Shown here in pieces: positions 12,310 to 25,073 of a stretch of 64,000 bases of DNA. Source of the stretch: Ruditapes philippinarum (lineage: Eukaryota); contig NW_026853774.1 in the NCBI RefSeq assembly GCF_026571515.1, positions 62,001 to 126,000 on the forward strand, given 5' to 3'. Numbering within the stretch: position 1 is the first letter of the stretch; each line of letters starts with the position of its first letter. The position numbers and the translations under genes are program-made. A model generated the notes under the pieces. It was not told the DNA's origin and searched no databases. It worked only from the letters and a program-made list of their open reading frames with translations.

Positions 12310-12773
12310 TAAAAAATGAAATGATAGTTGTTTTCCTTTATCATGAATTAGCAATGAAAACTTCAACAGTTATATTCAGAATTATTATTTCTCTTTATAT
12401 ATATTTATATCCGAAAATATTTATTGATATCAACAAAACCATTACAGTTCTTAGATGTTTTTGGATGTTAATGGTTTGAATAAAGAATCAGATTAATCAT
12501 TTGTATATATGCATAATGTACATGATTATTTCTGAGGTTAGGGTCTGTATGCAGGCCACTTAAGGTACTAAGTTGATCATAATCAGTCATGCATGTATTG
12601 ATACTGAAGCTAATTGTAAAGAAATTGTAAAGAGTTTTTGTTTTATTTAAAATACTAGTGTTTGACATTTTGAGTTACTGCATCAAAATGTTTGTCACCT
12701 AGCTGTCTGAATTTTTATTATGTTTGTTAGATTAATAAAGAATACTTGATGAATACATTTGATAATTTTGCAG

Positions 12774-12888
12774 AGGTCAACATGACCAACAGCTGAAGCT
12801 AAAAGAGGAAAATATCCAAGATTTAGAGAACAAAATTAAACATTTGAGAGAAGAACTAAGTGAAGAAAGAGACAAATATAACTCTAAG
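12774..12888 (+). CDS. CCDC158: CCDC158-like exon 11 (GQHDQQLKL...KYNSK)
   Basis: ttttgcag| ... AAG|gtaatt; phase 2 to 0. Confidence 0.9.
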
Positions 12889-13785
12889 GTAATTTTTTAA
12901 TTATATTTTACTTTTTTGTAAGATTTCTGCAGTTCTATAATTGATGAAATGATACAGCATTTAAAGATTGTCCTAGTCCTAACATTGGTATGATTAGATA
13001 AAACAAAGTTAGCAATGGTTACTAGGACTAAAGCAGTGTCAAATACCAGATGCAATGTTTCTAATATTATTGTAATGAGAAAGTTCTGTTTTAATACTTC
13101 ATGTATATTTGGCTTAAAAGGTCCAAAGTTTTATTGGAATTCATACATACACAAAGATAAAAAACTGAACCAAGCCACTATGTTAAAGTTACAAGGGACA
13201 ATATTTACATACACCTTTATTATAGATAATGAATACTATAATAATTATCTTACTTATTGTCGTACTATGTTGATATCTGATTTTGACAATTATTTATGTT
13301 GATACGTTCGAGAGTTGTCTGGAAAGTTGTTTATGTAATAGTTATAATATAGCGATGAAACTGTTATGTGGAAATATCATTGGGCCACATTATAGGGTCT
13401 TTCATTACAGAAAATGATTTAAACTGTAATGCTTATGCTTAGAACTTTTCCTGTCGAGAAAACCGCATAACAGCTGAGTAACATCAAATTAAGATTGCCA
13501 CATCATGCCATAATTAGACAAAAAACACATTTATTAATATCTAGATATTATTAAGATAACTTTCTATTATGAATGAATATATTATTAAAATATTTTGAAT
13601 TCTGAAATAAAGTAAATACAATAAATTAAAATCATATGAGATTTATAGCTTTACTGGATACAATAATTTAAGCAAAGTGTTGTTTGATAGGAATTCATCT
13701 TCAGTAATTTCAGTAACAATTTGTTAACAACATTTTTATGGTCAACTTGATATTAATGTTTTATATGTGTATATATAATGTATAG

Positions 13786-13905
13786 AGAGGATCACTAGAG
13801 CAGGCTTTACATGGTACAGAGAAGGAGATGAACAAACTGAGGACTGAGAGAGATGAGGCAATAAGAAACCACTCTAACATGGACTCTAAAATTGCTGAAT
13901 TACAG
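13786..13905 (+). CDS. CCDC158: CCDC158-like exon 12 (RGSLEQAL...LRTERD...IAELQ)
   Basis: tatag| ... CAG|gtaatt; 40 codons. Confidence 0.9.
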
Positions 13906-14191
13906 GTAATTACTATATCACTGACATAAAACAACTACTGTATAACAGACAGTTATAGGAGTGATCACTTGATAATTGCTTACATTGTATGTTGAAGAAT
14001 GATTATGATAAAAGCTTTTTAAGTCTCTTGTTGAATTATTAAATAGATTATAAAAAAAATATTTCTCTTTATTGTTTGTCAAAGCTTCATGTAATATTAG
14101 GTTCATTTGCACAACATATATTTCTGAAAAGTTTTAATATTTTTAAAAGAAAAAGCTTATAATATTATTATAATCTGGCAATTAAATATAT

Positions 14192-14950
14192 ATGAGCCGC
14201 TAAGGCCCCCACGGTTACACGTTTAAACGGATTCGTTTCGATTTTCATTCATAAACGTTTACGATATTTTTTACCGTTTAATGGAAATGACCATATTGTC
14301 TTACAAAATATTTTAATCATTGCCTGTAATCATGAATTCTATCAATTCTAATTAATTTTTTCCAAAGTGAAAAATGGAAAATGGGTGTTTACAACTCTTC
14401 ACACAGCATTACTGTTCAATAATCCCTCGTGGCATAATACATTTTTGTAAAGTTGATTTTCTTTTGATCTATCAAATGAGCGAAATGGGGATTCAATGCG
14501 GAAAATATGTGCCGACTCAATCGTGATGAGCCTTGAACATTATTTATTTGTACATGTATTAAAAATAGAAAGTAAGTCAGCAATTGGTGACTGGAATACA
14601 TGGTGTAGTAGATCTAGTATAGTTCATAGAAGTACAACCGTTTAAACGGTATCGTTTCGGTTCTTAACAATCATGTAAACGTTTACAAAAAATTATAAAC
14701 GTGGGAGCCTTATGAGCCGCGTCACGACAAAACCAACATAGTGCGTTTGCGACCAGCATGGATCCAGACCAGCCTGCGCATCCACACAGTCTGATCAGGA
14801 TCCATGCTGTTCATTTACAAACTCTATAACAAAAAGAGAAACTGATAGCGAACGGCATGGATCCTGATCAGACTGCGCAGATGCGCAGGCTGGTCTGGAT
14901 CCATGCTGGTTGCAAGCCCATTAGGTTGGTTTTGCCATGGCTAGGCTCAT
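14192..14950. mobile_element. Foldback MITE (ATGAGCCGC...AAAACCAAC termini) interrupted by the hAT MITE
   Basis: Long inverted arms cagcatggatccagaccagcctgcgcatc / gatgcgcaggctggtctggatccatgctg; right terminus gttggttttgccatggctaggctcat. Confidence 0.85.
14201..14712. mobile_element. hAT-like MITE (512 bp) with 8-bp TSD TGAGCCGC
   Basis: TIR TAAGGCCCCCACGGTTA / TAAACGTGGGAGCCTTA (15/17); TSD at 14193-14200 and 14713-14720. Confidence 0.88.
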
Positions 14951-15308
14951 AAAAGCTTATATCTCATAAAAAAGAGATACCCATGTAAACCAAGTTGTCT
15001 ATTAATCTTGTTTTTCAATTTCACTTTTTGGATTGTAGAGTTTCTGCCCATACATAGTTTGAGGCTGATATGTCGATTTAATTGAATGCTTTTGAATATA
15101 TGATGATATTTTAATGAAAATACAATATGTACCAGAATTTGATACTAGTCACTGTTACTTCTTGTTATTTGTAATGTTGCTTCTGATCAGTAGCATAGTA
15201 ATTTGATGCAGTTTCATTGCCATCAGGGAAATAAAGACTTTTTAATGTATTATTTGAGAATTTTTTTTATAACCTTGTAATATTGTTGATTGTTATATTT
15301 ATTTACAG

Positions 15309-15506
15309 TTAACCATTAATAAACTTAATCGTGAGCTTGAGACTGAAAAGGAGACTTCTGGGAAATTCTGGGAGCGTGAAAGTCAGTTACGATCAAAACA
15401 ATCTGAACTAGAGACTCGACTTGGTGAGAAGACAAGAGATGTTGATAGACTGGAGAACATGCTAGCATCAGTTAAACAAGAGTGTAATGCCACTGTTAGT
15501 GAAAAG
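15309..15506 (+). CDS. CCDC158: CCDC158-like exon 13 (LTINKLNRELETEK...VKQECNATVSEK)
   Basis: ttacag| ... AAG|gtaaac; 66 codons. Confidence 0.92.
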
Positions 15507-15744
15507 GTAAACATGTATTACTGTTAAAATGTTTAAAGATAATGTCCTATAGTTGTAAATGTAATGTGATTTAGTTTTTGTTTAAAATAGTGTGATAATA
15601 ATTACATACTTTTAAGTATATTGTGTACAAATAATTAAGTTGTACTATTACCTCAAATAAACAGTTAACAATTGAATAACATTGTTAGCAAGATATGTTA
15701 AGCTTTATGCTTCACGGTACAAGTTTAATATGTCAATATATGCA

Positions 15745-15972
15745 TCCTTTGCCCCTCACTGCATGGGTTCAAGTCCCGCTTGAGACTAGAGTTTTTTTCT
15801 TGTGAGGAAACTATCCAGAAAATTTACATAAGGTTAGCGGATGAACTCAGGGGCTGTCTTGTGACTTATATTATGCACAAAGGAGCACCAGACATCTTCC
15901 GCCAGCAGTAAAGGTGGAATTGCCTTGTAACCATTACAGTGTGATGGTTCCTTATAAAAAAAGGAAACAAAA
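15745..15972 (+). mobile_element. Decayed tRNA-derived SINE
   Basis: B-box gggttcaagtccc, tgtgaggaaactatccag, cagtaaaggtggaa, A-rich tail. Confidence 0.65.
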
Positions 15973-16002
15973 GTAACTATTCTGATAAATATGTAAATAT
16001 AT

Positions 16003-17083
16003 CAGTGTTCGACACTAACGCAGTCCCGCGGTCCCGAGGACTAAAAAAATTGGCAAGGGATTTCTTAACTTCCAAGTCAGATGTCCCGTTGGGACTTTAA
16101 AGTTTTTAAGTAAAAAATATGCAAAACAATTAAATTTGATCTTTAATCAACTAAAGTATTCATTTAAGATTGTAATCTTGCAAAAAAAGGTATTTATTAA
16201 ACGTGATAAACTTGCAGAAACTAAACCGGAAATGAAACATTGTTTTACAAAACACGAAAATTCTCCACATACCAAACATTCCAATGTCAGTATTTGCCGA
16301 TATTTTGCTGTATTTTTAACCACCTTAGTAAAAATGATATGTTTTATATAGTTTTGTTTAATATTTTATGTTTAATATGATGTTAGAACACTTACACCGT
16401 GGAAAAAGTCGGCAATTCCATATCAATAGTGTACTAGATTTCGGATAAACACATTCGGATGCGTGATTTTTTGGGGATTTTTTTTAATATACCGATTTTG
16501 TGATTATATTTTAAATGCAATAATAATAACTTGTTCCTGTCTTATCATGGCATTGATATCATTATGTAAAGGAATTATGAGCAAAAAAAGCTTTTTTGCA
16601 GTAACTCATTTTCTTCTCTTCAATGACTAGTTTACACTTATTCGAGTAGACCTAATACAGCAATATTATAATATCAATTGAAAATTTCTTACTGCATAAC
16701 TACAGACAAAGGGACAAAATAAATTATATGTATTGAAGTCAGTAATATTTAGGACATATTTTACAAGACCTATAAACACTTCCAACTGCATGTATGATTT
16801 TGTTACCAAACTTAATAATGCTGGAAGGAAACATAGAGGATTTCGTTCCTTCATCACTTAATGTTATCACAGATCCATGGGCTATGATCAACATCCCAAA
16901 AAGTAGAACGAAAGAACAATAAAAAATAAGTTGCACATCAATTTTGATAGACAAAGGTTATTGCTTTATTCTTAAAATTATATTAAAAAAAATCAGGGAC
17001 TTCCAACTTAGGGAAGGGACTTTTGAATTCAAAAACAGATGTCCCGTTGGGATTCCTGGCTGAAAAGTTAGTGTCAACCCCTG
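16003..17083. mobile_element. hAT-like non-autonomous element (~1.08 kb)
   Basis: TIR CAGTGTTCGACACTAAC / GTTAGTGTCAACCCCTG (14/17); subterminal gtcccgttggga repeats at both ends; TSD not exact. Confidence 0.75.
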
Positions 17084-17108
17084 ATATATTATTAAACACT
17101 ATTTCTAG

Positions 17109-17797
17109 GTATCATTAATTGAAAGACAAGAACGAGAAAGACATATGGAGAAAATAAGCAGTCTTACGTCACAGCTTAGTGAAGTCAGTGAAAAGTGTAA
17201 TAAAATATCACTAGAACTTGACAACAAGAAGGCTGAAAATCAGGAGCTGAAGCAACAATCTAGAGAGTTCAGTGATAGATATGATACGACAAAGGTTCAA
17301 TTTGAGGCAACTAGAGCAGAGAAAAAACATTTAACTGATATGTTGACAGCAAAATCTTCTGATTTTGATAGAGTGTCACAGGAACGAGATTATTATTTTA
17401 ATATCATGGAACAGAAAAACAATGAGTTATCTCAGTTAAAGGCTGAAAGAGAAAGGTTAACTATTCATTTAGAGGAAAAGGAGAAAAATATAGCCATGTT
17501 ACAAGAGCAGTGTAATGAGTTAAAACATATGGTAGAGTCTGTGTCAAGAACTAGTGAGAGTTTACGAGAGGAGAGAGATGTTTTAATGAAACAGTTACAA
17601 GAAACTACAGCTGCCTTAGAGGAGCTGAAGTCAACTAGGGACACCATGGCAAAGAAAATGAAGATAAGAGAGAAAAGAGTGAAGGAATTAGAGACTGAGA
17701 AACAGAAAAGCTGTCAGGAAATCGAGCTGAGAAATCAAGAGTTGGGTATAATACAACAAGAGAAAGAAACTTTATTCAAGGAATTAAAGGAGAGCAG
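17109..17797 (+). CDS. CCDC158: CCDC158-like exon 14 (largest coiled-coil exon)
   Basis: ttctag| ... AG|gtcagt; largely overlaps ORF 17145..17825, E/K/L heptads. Confidence 0.93.
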
Positions 17798-18513
17798 GTC
17801 AGTATTTTTAGTTTATCTAATATAACTTTCTTTTTGTCAGTAACAAGTTTGCGAAAAAAAAGAGGCAAATCCTGAGCCCCATTCTAGTAAAATTCTGTTT
17901 GGGCTAGCATAAAATGTAGGGAGCGTAGTCCAACAGTCTAGCAATGTTTTGAGATCTGAAAAAATACATACACAATGACTAAGGGAAATATTGATTTTTT
18001 TCAAGATATTGGCACGAAATTTTCCGAAATAATTTATATATACATATAGAATAATTTACGTCTGTTGTAATAAGAATGGGCTTAATGTATATGCTTTAAC
18101 AATTTCTTCTGTTGTTGTGTGCTGATAACTTTTTGAATACTTTGTGATATTTTGTAAACAGTTGTCTCCCTTACACTATAGGTATCAAAAATACATTTGT
18201 TTACTCAGTGACATTCCTTAAACATGTGTTTGTTTTTATGTTCATTTACAGTATATTATGTGCCTATATATAATACTTTATTTCATTAACTAATCAGACT
18301 AAAATCCATATTACATTTTATATGTAACTTTGTTTAGCATACATAGCTGAAGTATAAGGAAGTACATTTTTACAGGAACTTGCATGGCTCTAAGAAAAAT
18401 TGCAAGGGTGGATCATATTTGATGCACATTGGTTGCTTTCACCCCAAGTGTTAAGTTGTCTAAGCAAAATTGGTCTAATACAATCAGATTTACATATTGT
18501 ATATGTATTACAG

Positions 18514-18623
18514 ATATGAGGTTGTAGGCCTATCTGAAGAAAGGGACACATTAAAGAAAGATCTGGAGGGACAGAAATATCAGTTAGAGAAAACTATAAA
18601 CAAGCTTCAATACAGACTTAAAG
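18514..18623 (+). CDS. CCDC158: CCDC158-like exon 15 (YEVVGLSEERD...KLQYRLK)
   Basis: ttacag| ... G|gtatgt; phase 2 to 1. Confidence 0.9.
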
Positions 18624-18944
18624 GTATGTATCTGATACTTTGATATTGTTTGTGTTTCTTGATCTCATTTAACTAGAACCTTTTGTATGTTCAATTAAGA
18701 ACTTTGATTGTTAATTAAAACACCAGTGAAACAGTATAAAACAGTGATAGACAACTACTTACGAAATACGCTTATATCTGTGTTATTTAAACACATATTT
18801 TACAAAAAAGATTCTTTATTAATATATTTTTTAAATAAACCTGTTATTTCTATACTATTATACTAAATTCTTTGGATAAGTTACTTTTTTTTGTATGTTA
18901 AAGTATATTAAGGTAATGCTGATGTTTTTGACTTTATTATATAG

Positions 18945-19123
18945 GTGCAGAGCAGGATTTGGCTTTAGCACAGAAAGCATTACGTAAACGAGAGTCTGTG
19001 GACAATAGTGCTGTAAAAACAGCTGATAAACTACAGAAAGAAGTGACGTCTAAACGTAGTCTAGTTGATACACTACAGTCAAAGATACGCTGGTTCCAGG
19101 ACCAAATAGATACCTTACTGAAG
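18945..19123 (+). CDS. CCDC158: CCDC158-like exon 16 (AEQDLALAQK...DTLQSKIRWFQDQIDTLLK)
   Basis: tatag| ... AAG|gtaatg; phase 1 to 0. Confidence 0.93.
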
Positions 19124-19172
19124 GTAATGTCTTAACTTTATGATATAAATACCGCTTTCTACATTCTTCATG

Positions 19173-19322
19173 AACGTTGGTGGTTCTACTCAAGTGCCCG
19201 TTCGTGCCTGAACTAATGCATGGAAGGGCATCTGAGGTCTTCCTCCACCAGTAAAGCTGGAACGTCGCGATATGACCTATATTGTGTCGATGTGACGTAA
19301 AACCCGAAACAAATAAAATAAA
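19173..19322 (+). mobile_element. 5'-truncated SINE with 12-bp TSD
   Basis: Same core as 9760; A-rich tail; TSD acattcttcatg (19161) / acatttttcatg (19323). Confidence 0.8.
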
Positions 19323-19566
19323 ACATTTTTCATGCCCTAATTTGATTTTATTTGAGATATCATTTGGTGTATACTTTATTAAAGTTTGCTATATTGTAAA
19401 TTTCTATCATTTGTAAAGATCTAGTATTGTGTTTGCCAAGCACTCACATTCTGAATATGTTACTTGTAATTATTTAATCAGTTAAGACAAATATTTTACC
19501 TTAATCTGTTTGGCCACTGATAGATCTGTAGCAATCACCATATTTCAGATATTTTTGTAAGGTATT

Positions 19567-20086
19567 AAACCATCTGGTCTTACTTCATATAGATTTTGCC
19601 TGGTTTACATTTTAGCCTTTTGATTAAGCTATTTTGATGGTTTGTGAAAATATTTTGGAGAAAAACTGAGAATAAAAGACAAATTAAGACCATCGAAAAA
19701 GGTTTAGTAAAAACCGCATTTGCGGGGGAGTAAAACTGCAAATAACAGAAAACGAATGGGAAACTTTAATAATTTTGAATTTTTAAGGTAAAATTCGTAT
19801 TATTTTGATTTTTAGATTATGAACAAATGTTGGAAGCCCCCATTTAAAAGGTTTTTAATGCTACCCTCATTTTGCCTACAAAAAAAGGTATAATTTTATA
19901 AAATATAGGTGGCTTCTTAATTTGTGTTAGTGGTTTTAATTTTATGCATCAATTTTTAATTATGATCAATTAAAATATTGATACATATTAGATGTAAGAC
20001 AAAAAATTTTTTTAATTATTAAGGGTTTTATATAAATATATTTAATACATTAACAAACGAAATTATATAAATCCATGTAATTTATG
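19567..20086. mobile_element. Possible ~520-bp insertion flanked by the 8-bp direct repeat AAGGTATT
   Basis: Direct repeat at 19559 and 20087; the duplicate at 49501-49535 appears to join the two flanks; no clear TIR. Confidence 0.4.
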
Positions 20087-21777
20087 AAGGTATTCACACC
20101 CTGCAAAGACTAGACAATAAATTTCCGCAAAATGTTGAATATTCAAGTAAAACACTAATTTTAGTAATCAAATAAAGAAATAATTTAATGACTTGTAATT
20201 CTGAAATAAATTGATGCCTTTAAGGCATTCTTGTTGTCCTTTTATGTAAAATGAATGAAACCAGTTAATGAATGATGTTATAACACTACATCTAACAGAT
20301 AGTGTTAAAGTGGGAAACTATAATAAAAAATGTATTTCCCAGGACAGTTATTAGGTTACTCTCTTCTATCTATCTTTGTCAACTGTTCTAGATGTGGTAT
20401 TACCGTGTATTTTATATCTACCATAAATATGAAAAAATTTTTTTTTTCAATGCACCAGTTTTAATGAAGAGGCTTTAATCTTTGTTGTTGTTTTTCTGTT
20501 GATTTTTTAGCTTTCACCCACCATTCCTTCTCATGATTCAATCATTTGAGTATCACTAAAGTCAGTCTACAATGTCAGTCCTTTAATGATCCTTATAAGA
20601 CACTTTTATTAGCCATTAATATATAGGTTTTTACTTTCAACAACAATATCATGTGATATTGCATATAGTCAAAGCATTTTGTATAGGGGGAGTAATGAAA
20701 AGGTTCTACATGTAACTTACATTTTAACATCAACTTTATTCATTTTTCTGAGGAAAAAAAAGACAATAGAAAAGTATTCAATTATAAGAAAAAGGATATT
20801 TTAAGTCTCAGTGGAACATATTAAGATCACTTTTTAAAAAATCAGATATAGAGTTAAGATATTAAAGTTTGATATTTGATTTAAAGTATTTCCCTTGACT
20901 CTCGTCAGTTCAGCAGTCATTGATCATTATAACAGTTATAAATGACTTATTTAGTGTAACATTGTTCATAATAGCTTTAAGTCCTGAAAAAGCTCATTAT
21001 GCTTTCAGTGTTAGTCATTATGTTATGTGTTTTGTAACCAAGTTATTGTCAGTAGTTTTAATGTTGTTTTACAATGATGATTGAAAAAAGACAGAGTTTC
21101 TAGTGAGAAAATTAAGATTGAAAGCACCCCTGTACCGGGCATATACGCCATATAATAATATGCGATCTTTGTTACATAAAAATGTACTGAACGTATATAC
21201 ATTAAACAGCATTTATCATGTCAATACTGTCCTTACGGTGAAACCTGTGTCGTTACTGATCATCTTCAAACACATACAAACTGTCAGTTTAAACCATGAT
21301 TCTATTTAGAATTTTGGTACAACAATGTTTTTTTACCTTTACATTGAAATCACCTATCAGCAGAATTTTTAATTTACATCGATTGATATATGTTTATTGT
21401 ATCAGTTACTTTAGTTTCTACAACAATTAAGACGATGATTTTCATATTATGAGGAAAGCATTTTTTAAAATAAAATTATTATGAAGATTCATTTGGCTTT
21501 TCAAAACCTTTGATTAATATGATTTTAAAAGTTTCTAAACCATAAGTTGTTACTATTATAAATCAAGACATTGGCTGAAAAGGGAAAAATTTTATTGTTA
21601 TGTATAGTTGATAAGAGAGCAGAAAAAGGATGTAAGTATTGTGATTGGTTGTGATGTTTATATAACAATCTTCATCATTGATTCATAGAATAAAAATGCT
21701 GTTTACTAAGTATCTATTTTTGTGTAGGGTACTGTATGTCTTAATATTTATACATTCTGTGTTCTGAGTGTTGTTTC

Positions 21778-22440
21778 ATTTTTATGCCCCCTATTGTAAA
21801 ATTGACAATAATACTGTGATGGGGTGGTCATGCCATTAATATGTATATCATGTTATGCTTGTCAAATCAGTAACTTGAGAAAAAATTTATAAGCTGTAGT
21901 TTATATTACTTGAAAGATGCAATTAAATTAAATTTAAAAAAAGAAACCCTGTTCATCAGTTAAGTTAGTAGGTCAAGGTCACAGAGACATTGTAAAAATC
22001 TTTGTTTGATAATAACTTTAGAATTTATTATCCTAGGTGTGTTAATCTTAGTAGGGACATTGTCCATGACCAATAGATTACACCAGCTATTTTTGGTCAA
22101 AGGTCAAGGTTATAGTGACACTTTAGGTAAAGTCCTTGTGTGATCAATTAAATTAAAATTGTTAAGCATAAGTTTGTAAAACCTTGTTGTGACATTGTCC
22201 ATGGACAGTAGGTGATCCCTACTGATTTTGAGATCTTAGCATAGGTCAAGGTCACATTGAATCCTTGTCAAATGAACAACTTGTGAAAATATGAGAAAAT
22301 ATAAGCATGGGTTTTGTTAAACATTTAACTAATTGGAAGGGACATAGCCTATGGTCAGTAGATGACCCAAATTAGTTATTAGTTCAAAGTCATAGTTTAT
22401 AAGTTACACTTGGAATCCTTATCTTATCAATACATAGTCA
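21778..22440 (+). mobile_element. Old decayed HINE-type element (predates the duplication; counterpart at ~51590-52250)
   Basis: ttttatgccccc start; repeated ggtcaaggtca and gacattgtccatg motifs; end uncertain. Confidence 0.6.
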
Positions 22441-23313
22441 TAGATTTCATAAACTAATAAGTTAGTATTATAATACTCTTAGTATATAATATGACTTATA
22501 AATATTAGTATATAATATGACTTATAAATATAATTAATACTTTAAGCATTTTGGCATGATATTGAAATCTTTAGGTACAATACACATTATAAATTAAAAG
22601 CATGAAAAATAGACAGTTTTAGGAGAATTAACATTTAGCTTACAATAGATTATACTTAGTATATTTCACTTGTGAACACCAGCTAATGTGTTTTTACATC
22701 TGGTGTTCACTCTGCAAAATACATGTATATTTCAATTTTTCATGTTATACAAAGATTCTCTATAGATTATTAGGTGAAAGGGTTAGCATAGCTGTTTCAT
22801 AGTTACTAATTGGATTTGTTTTGTTTTATACATGTCATTGTTACTGTACAGGGCTCATAATGTGTTTTCTCTCCCTAGGGACATATAACAATGTTAAACT
22901 AATAGGTTTATAAAGTACGCTAATGAATTCCTAAGCAGACTGACGCATTTTCATACATATTCTTGAAAAATATGAACTCTTGTCATTTTATTTGATAAAG
23001 AGTGATTGGAATTCTTTTTATTTAGCATCCCATGTAGAATTGCCTTTGCCATACACTTTAATTACATAGTATGTGAGGTTTTTTTTTCAAAGATAACCAA
23101 TACATTATACTTTTTTACTGTTATTGTAGTGACATTGAAATTATTTTTGAAATTTATTTTTATTGAGTTTTTGATTTGTACCTTCAGATAAATGGAGTGC
23201 TTACATTATTTAGTTGTTGTTTTTTGTTACAAAAAGTAAATGTACACACCACTTTTTTCATGAATTTTAGGTATTGTTGGATAATTAACAAAAGAACAAG
23301 TTTAGTTTCTCTT

Positions 23314-25073
23314 TTTTAGCTCACCTGTCACAAAGTGACAGGGTGAGCTTTTGTGATTGCTTTTCGTCCGGCGTCCGTCCGTCCGTCCGTCGTCCGTCCG
23401 TCGTCCGTCCGTAAACTTTTGCTTTAAATGACATCTCCTCATAAACCACTGAGCCAATTTCATCCAAACTTCACAGGAATGTTCCTTTGGTGGTCACCTT
23501 TAAAAATTGTTCAAAGAATTTAATTCCATGCAAAACTCTGGTTGCCATGGCAACCGAAAGAAAAATCTTTAAATATCTTCTTTTAAACAACCCTAAGAGC
23601 TAGAGCTTAGATATTTGGCATGAAACATCTTCTAATGAGTGTCTACCAAGTTTGTTCAAATAAAAGCCCTGGGGTCAAAATTGGCCCCGCCCCCGGGGGG
23701 TCATTGATTTTCCCTATATGCATATAGTAAAAACTTAAAAGATCTTCTTTTAAAGAACTGTAAGAGCTAGAGCTAAGATTTTTGGCATGGAACATCTTCT
23801 AGTGAGTGTCTACCAAGTTTGTTCAAATAAAAGCCCTGGGGTCAAAATTGGCCCCGCCCGGGGGGTCATTGATTTTCCCTATATGCATATAGTAAACACT
23901 TAAAAAATCTTCCTTTAAAGAACTGTAAGAGCTAGAGCTTAGATATTTGGCATGAAACATCTTCTAGTGAATGTCTACCAAGTTTGTTCAAATAAAAGCC
24001 CTGGGGTCAAAAATTGGCCCCGCCCCAGGGGGTCATTGATTTTCCCTATATGCATAAAGTAAAAACTTAAAAAATCTTCTTTTAAAGAACCCAAAGAGCT
24101 AGAGCTTAGATATTTGGCATGAAACATCTTCTAGTGAATGTCTACCAAGTTTGTTCAAATAAAAGCCCTGGGGTCAAAATTGGCCCCGCCCTGGGGGGTA
24201 ATTGATTTTCCCTATATGCATATAGTTTAAACTTAAAAAATCTTCTTTTAAAGAACCGTAAGAGCTAGAGCTTAGATATTTGGCATAAAACATCTTCTAG
24301 TAAATGTCTACCAAGTTTGTTCAAATAAAAGCCCTGGGGTCAAAATTGGCCCCGCCCCAGGGGGTCATTGATTTTCCCTATATGCATATAGTAAAAACTT
24401 AAAAAATCTTCTTTTAAAGAACTGTAAGAGCTAAAGCTTATATATTTGGCATGAAACATCTTCTAGTGAATGTCTACCAAGTTTGTTCAAATAAAACCCC
24501 TGGGGTCCAAATTGGCCCCTCCCCAGGGGTCATTGATTTTCCTTATATGCATATAGTAAAAACTTATAAAATCTTCTTTTAAAGAACCAAAGAGCTAGAG
24601 CTAAGATATTTAGCATGAGACATGTTCTAATGGGTGTCTACCAAGTATGTTCAAATAAAAGCCCTGGGTCAAAACTGGCCCCGCCCCGGGGTCATTGATT
24701 TTTCCTTATATACATAGCAAAAACTTAAAAATCTTCTTTGAAAAAACCCAAATAACTAGAGTTTAGATATTAAGCATGCAACATCTTTAAGTAAATATCT
24801 ACAAAGTTTGTTCAAATAAAAGCCCAGGGGTCAAAACTGGCCCTGCCCGAGGGGTGTCATTGTTTTTTACTCTATGTGTATAGTAAAAACTTAAAAAATC
24901 TTCTTTTAAAAAACCCAATGAGCTAGAACTTAGATGTTTTGCATGAAACATCTTCTTATGGGTGTCTACCAAGTCTGTTCAAATAAACAAATAAAAGCCC
25001 TTGGGTAAAAATTGGGCCGGGGGGGGGGGCTATATACAGGTGAGCGACCTCAGGGCCATCATGGCCCTCTTGT
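23314..25073 (+). mobile_element. Young HINE/Helentron with 9 x ~166-bp satellite monomers
   Basis: subTIR GCTCACCTGT / ACAGGTGAGC, (GTCC)n, 3' hairpin AGGGCCATCATGGCCCT; empty T-run site in the duplicate at ~53095-53101. Confidence 0.92.

Noticed and set aside
21650-21768. Possible C/D snoRNA (GTGATGT ... CTGA)
   Set aside because: Imperfect C box, no terminal stem and no recognisable rRNA guide
22870-22895. CCCTAGGGACATATAACA resembling the mitochondrial 16S motif CTAGGGATAACA (NUMT)
   Set aside because: No other 16S motifs in order, and the motif is changed in the paralog
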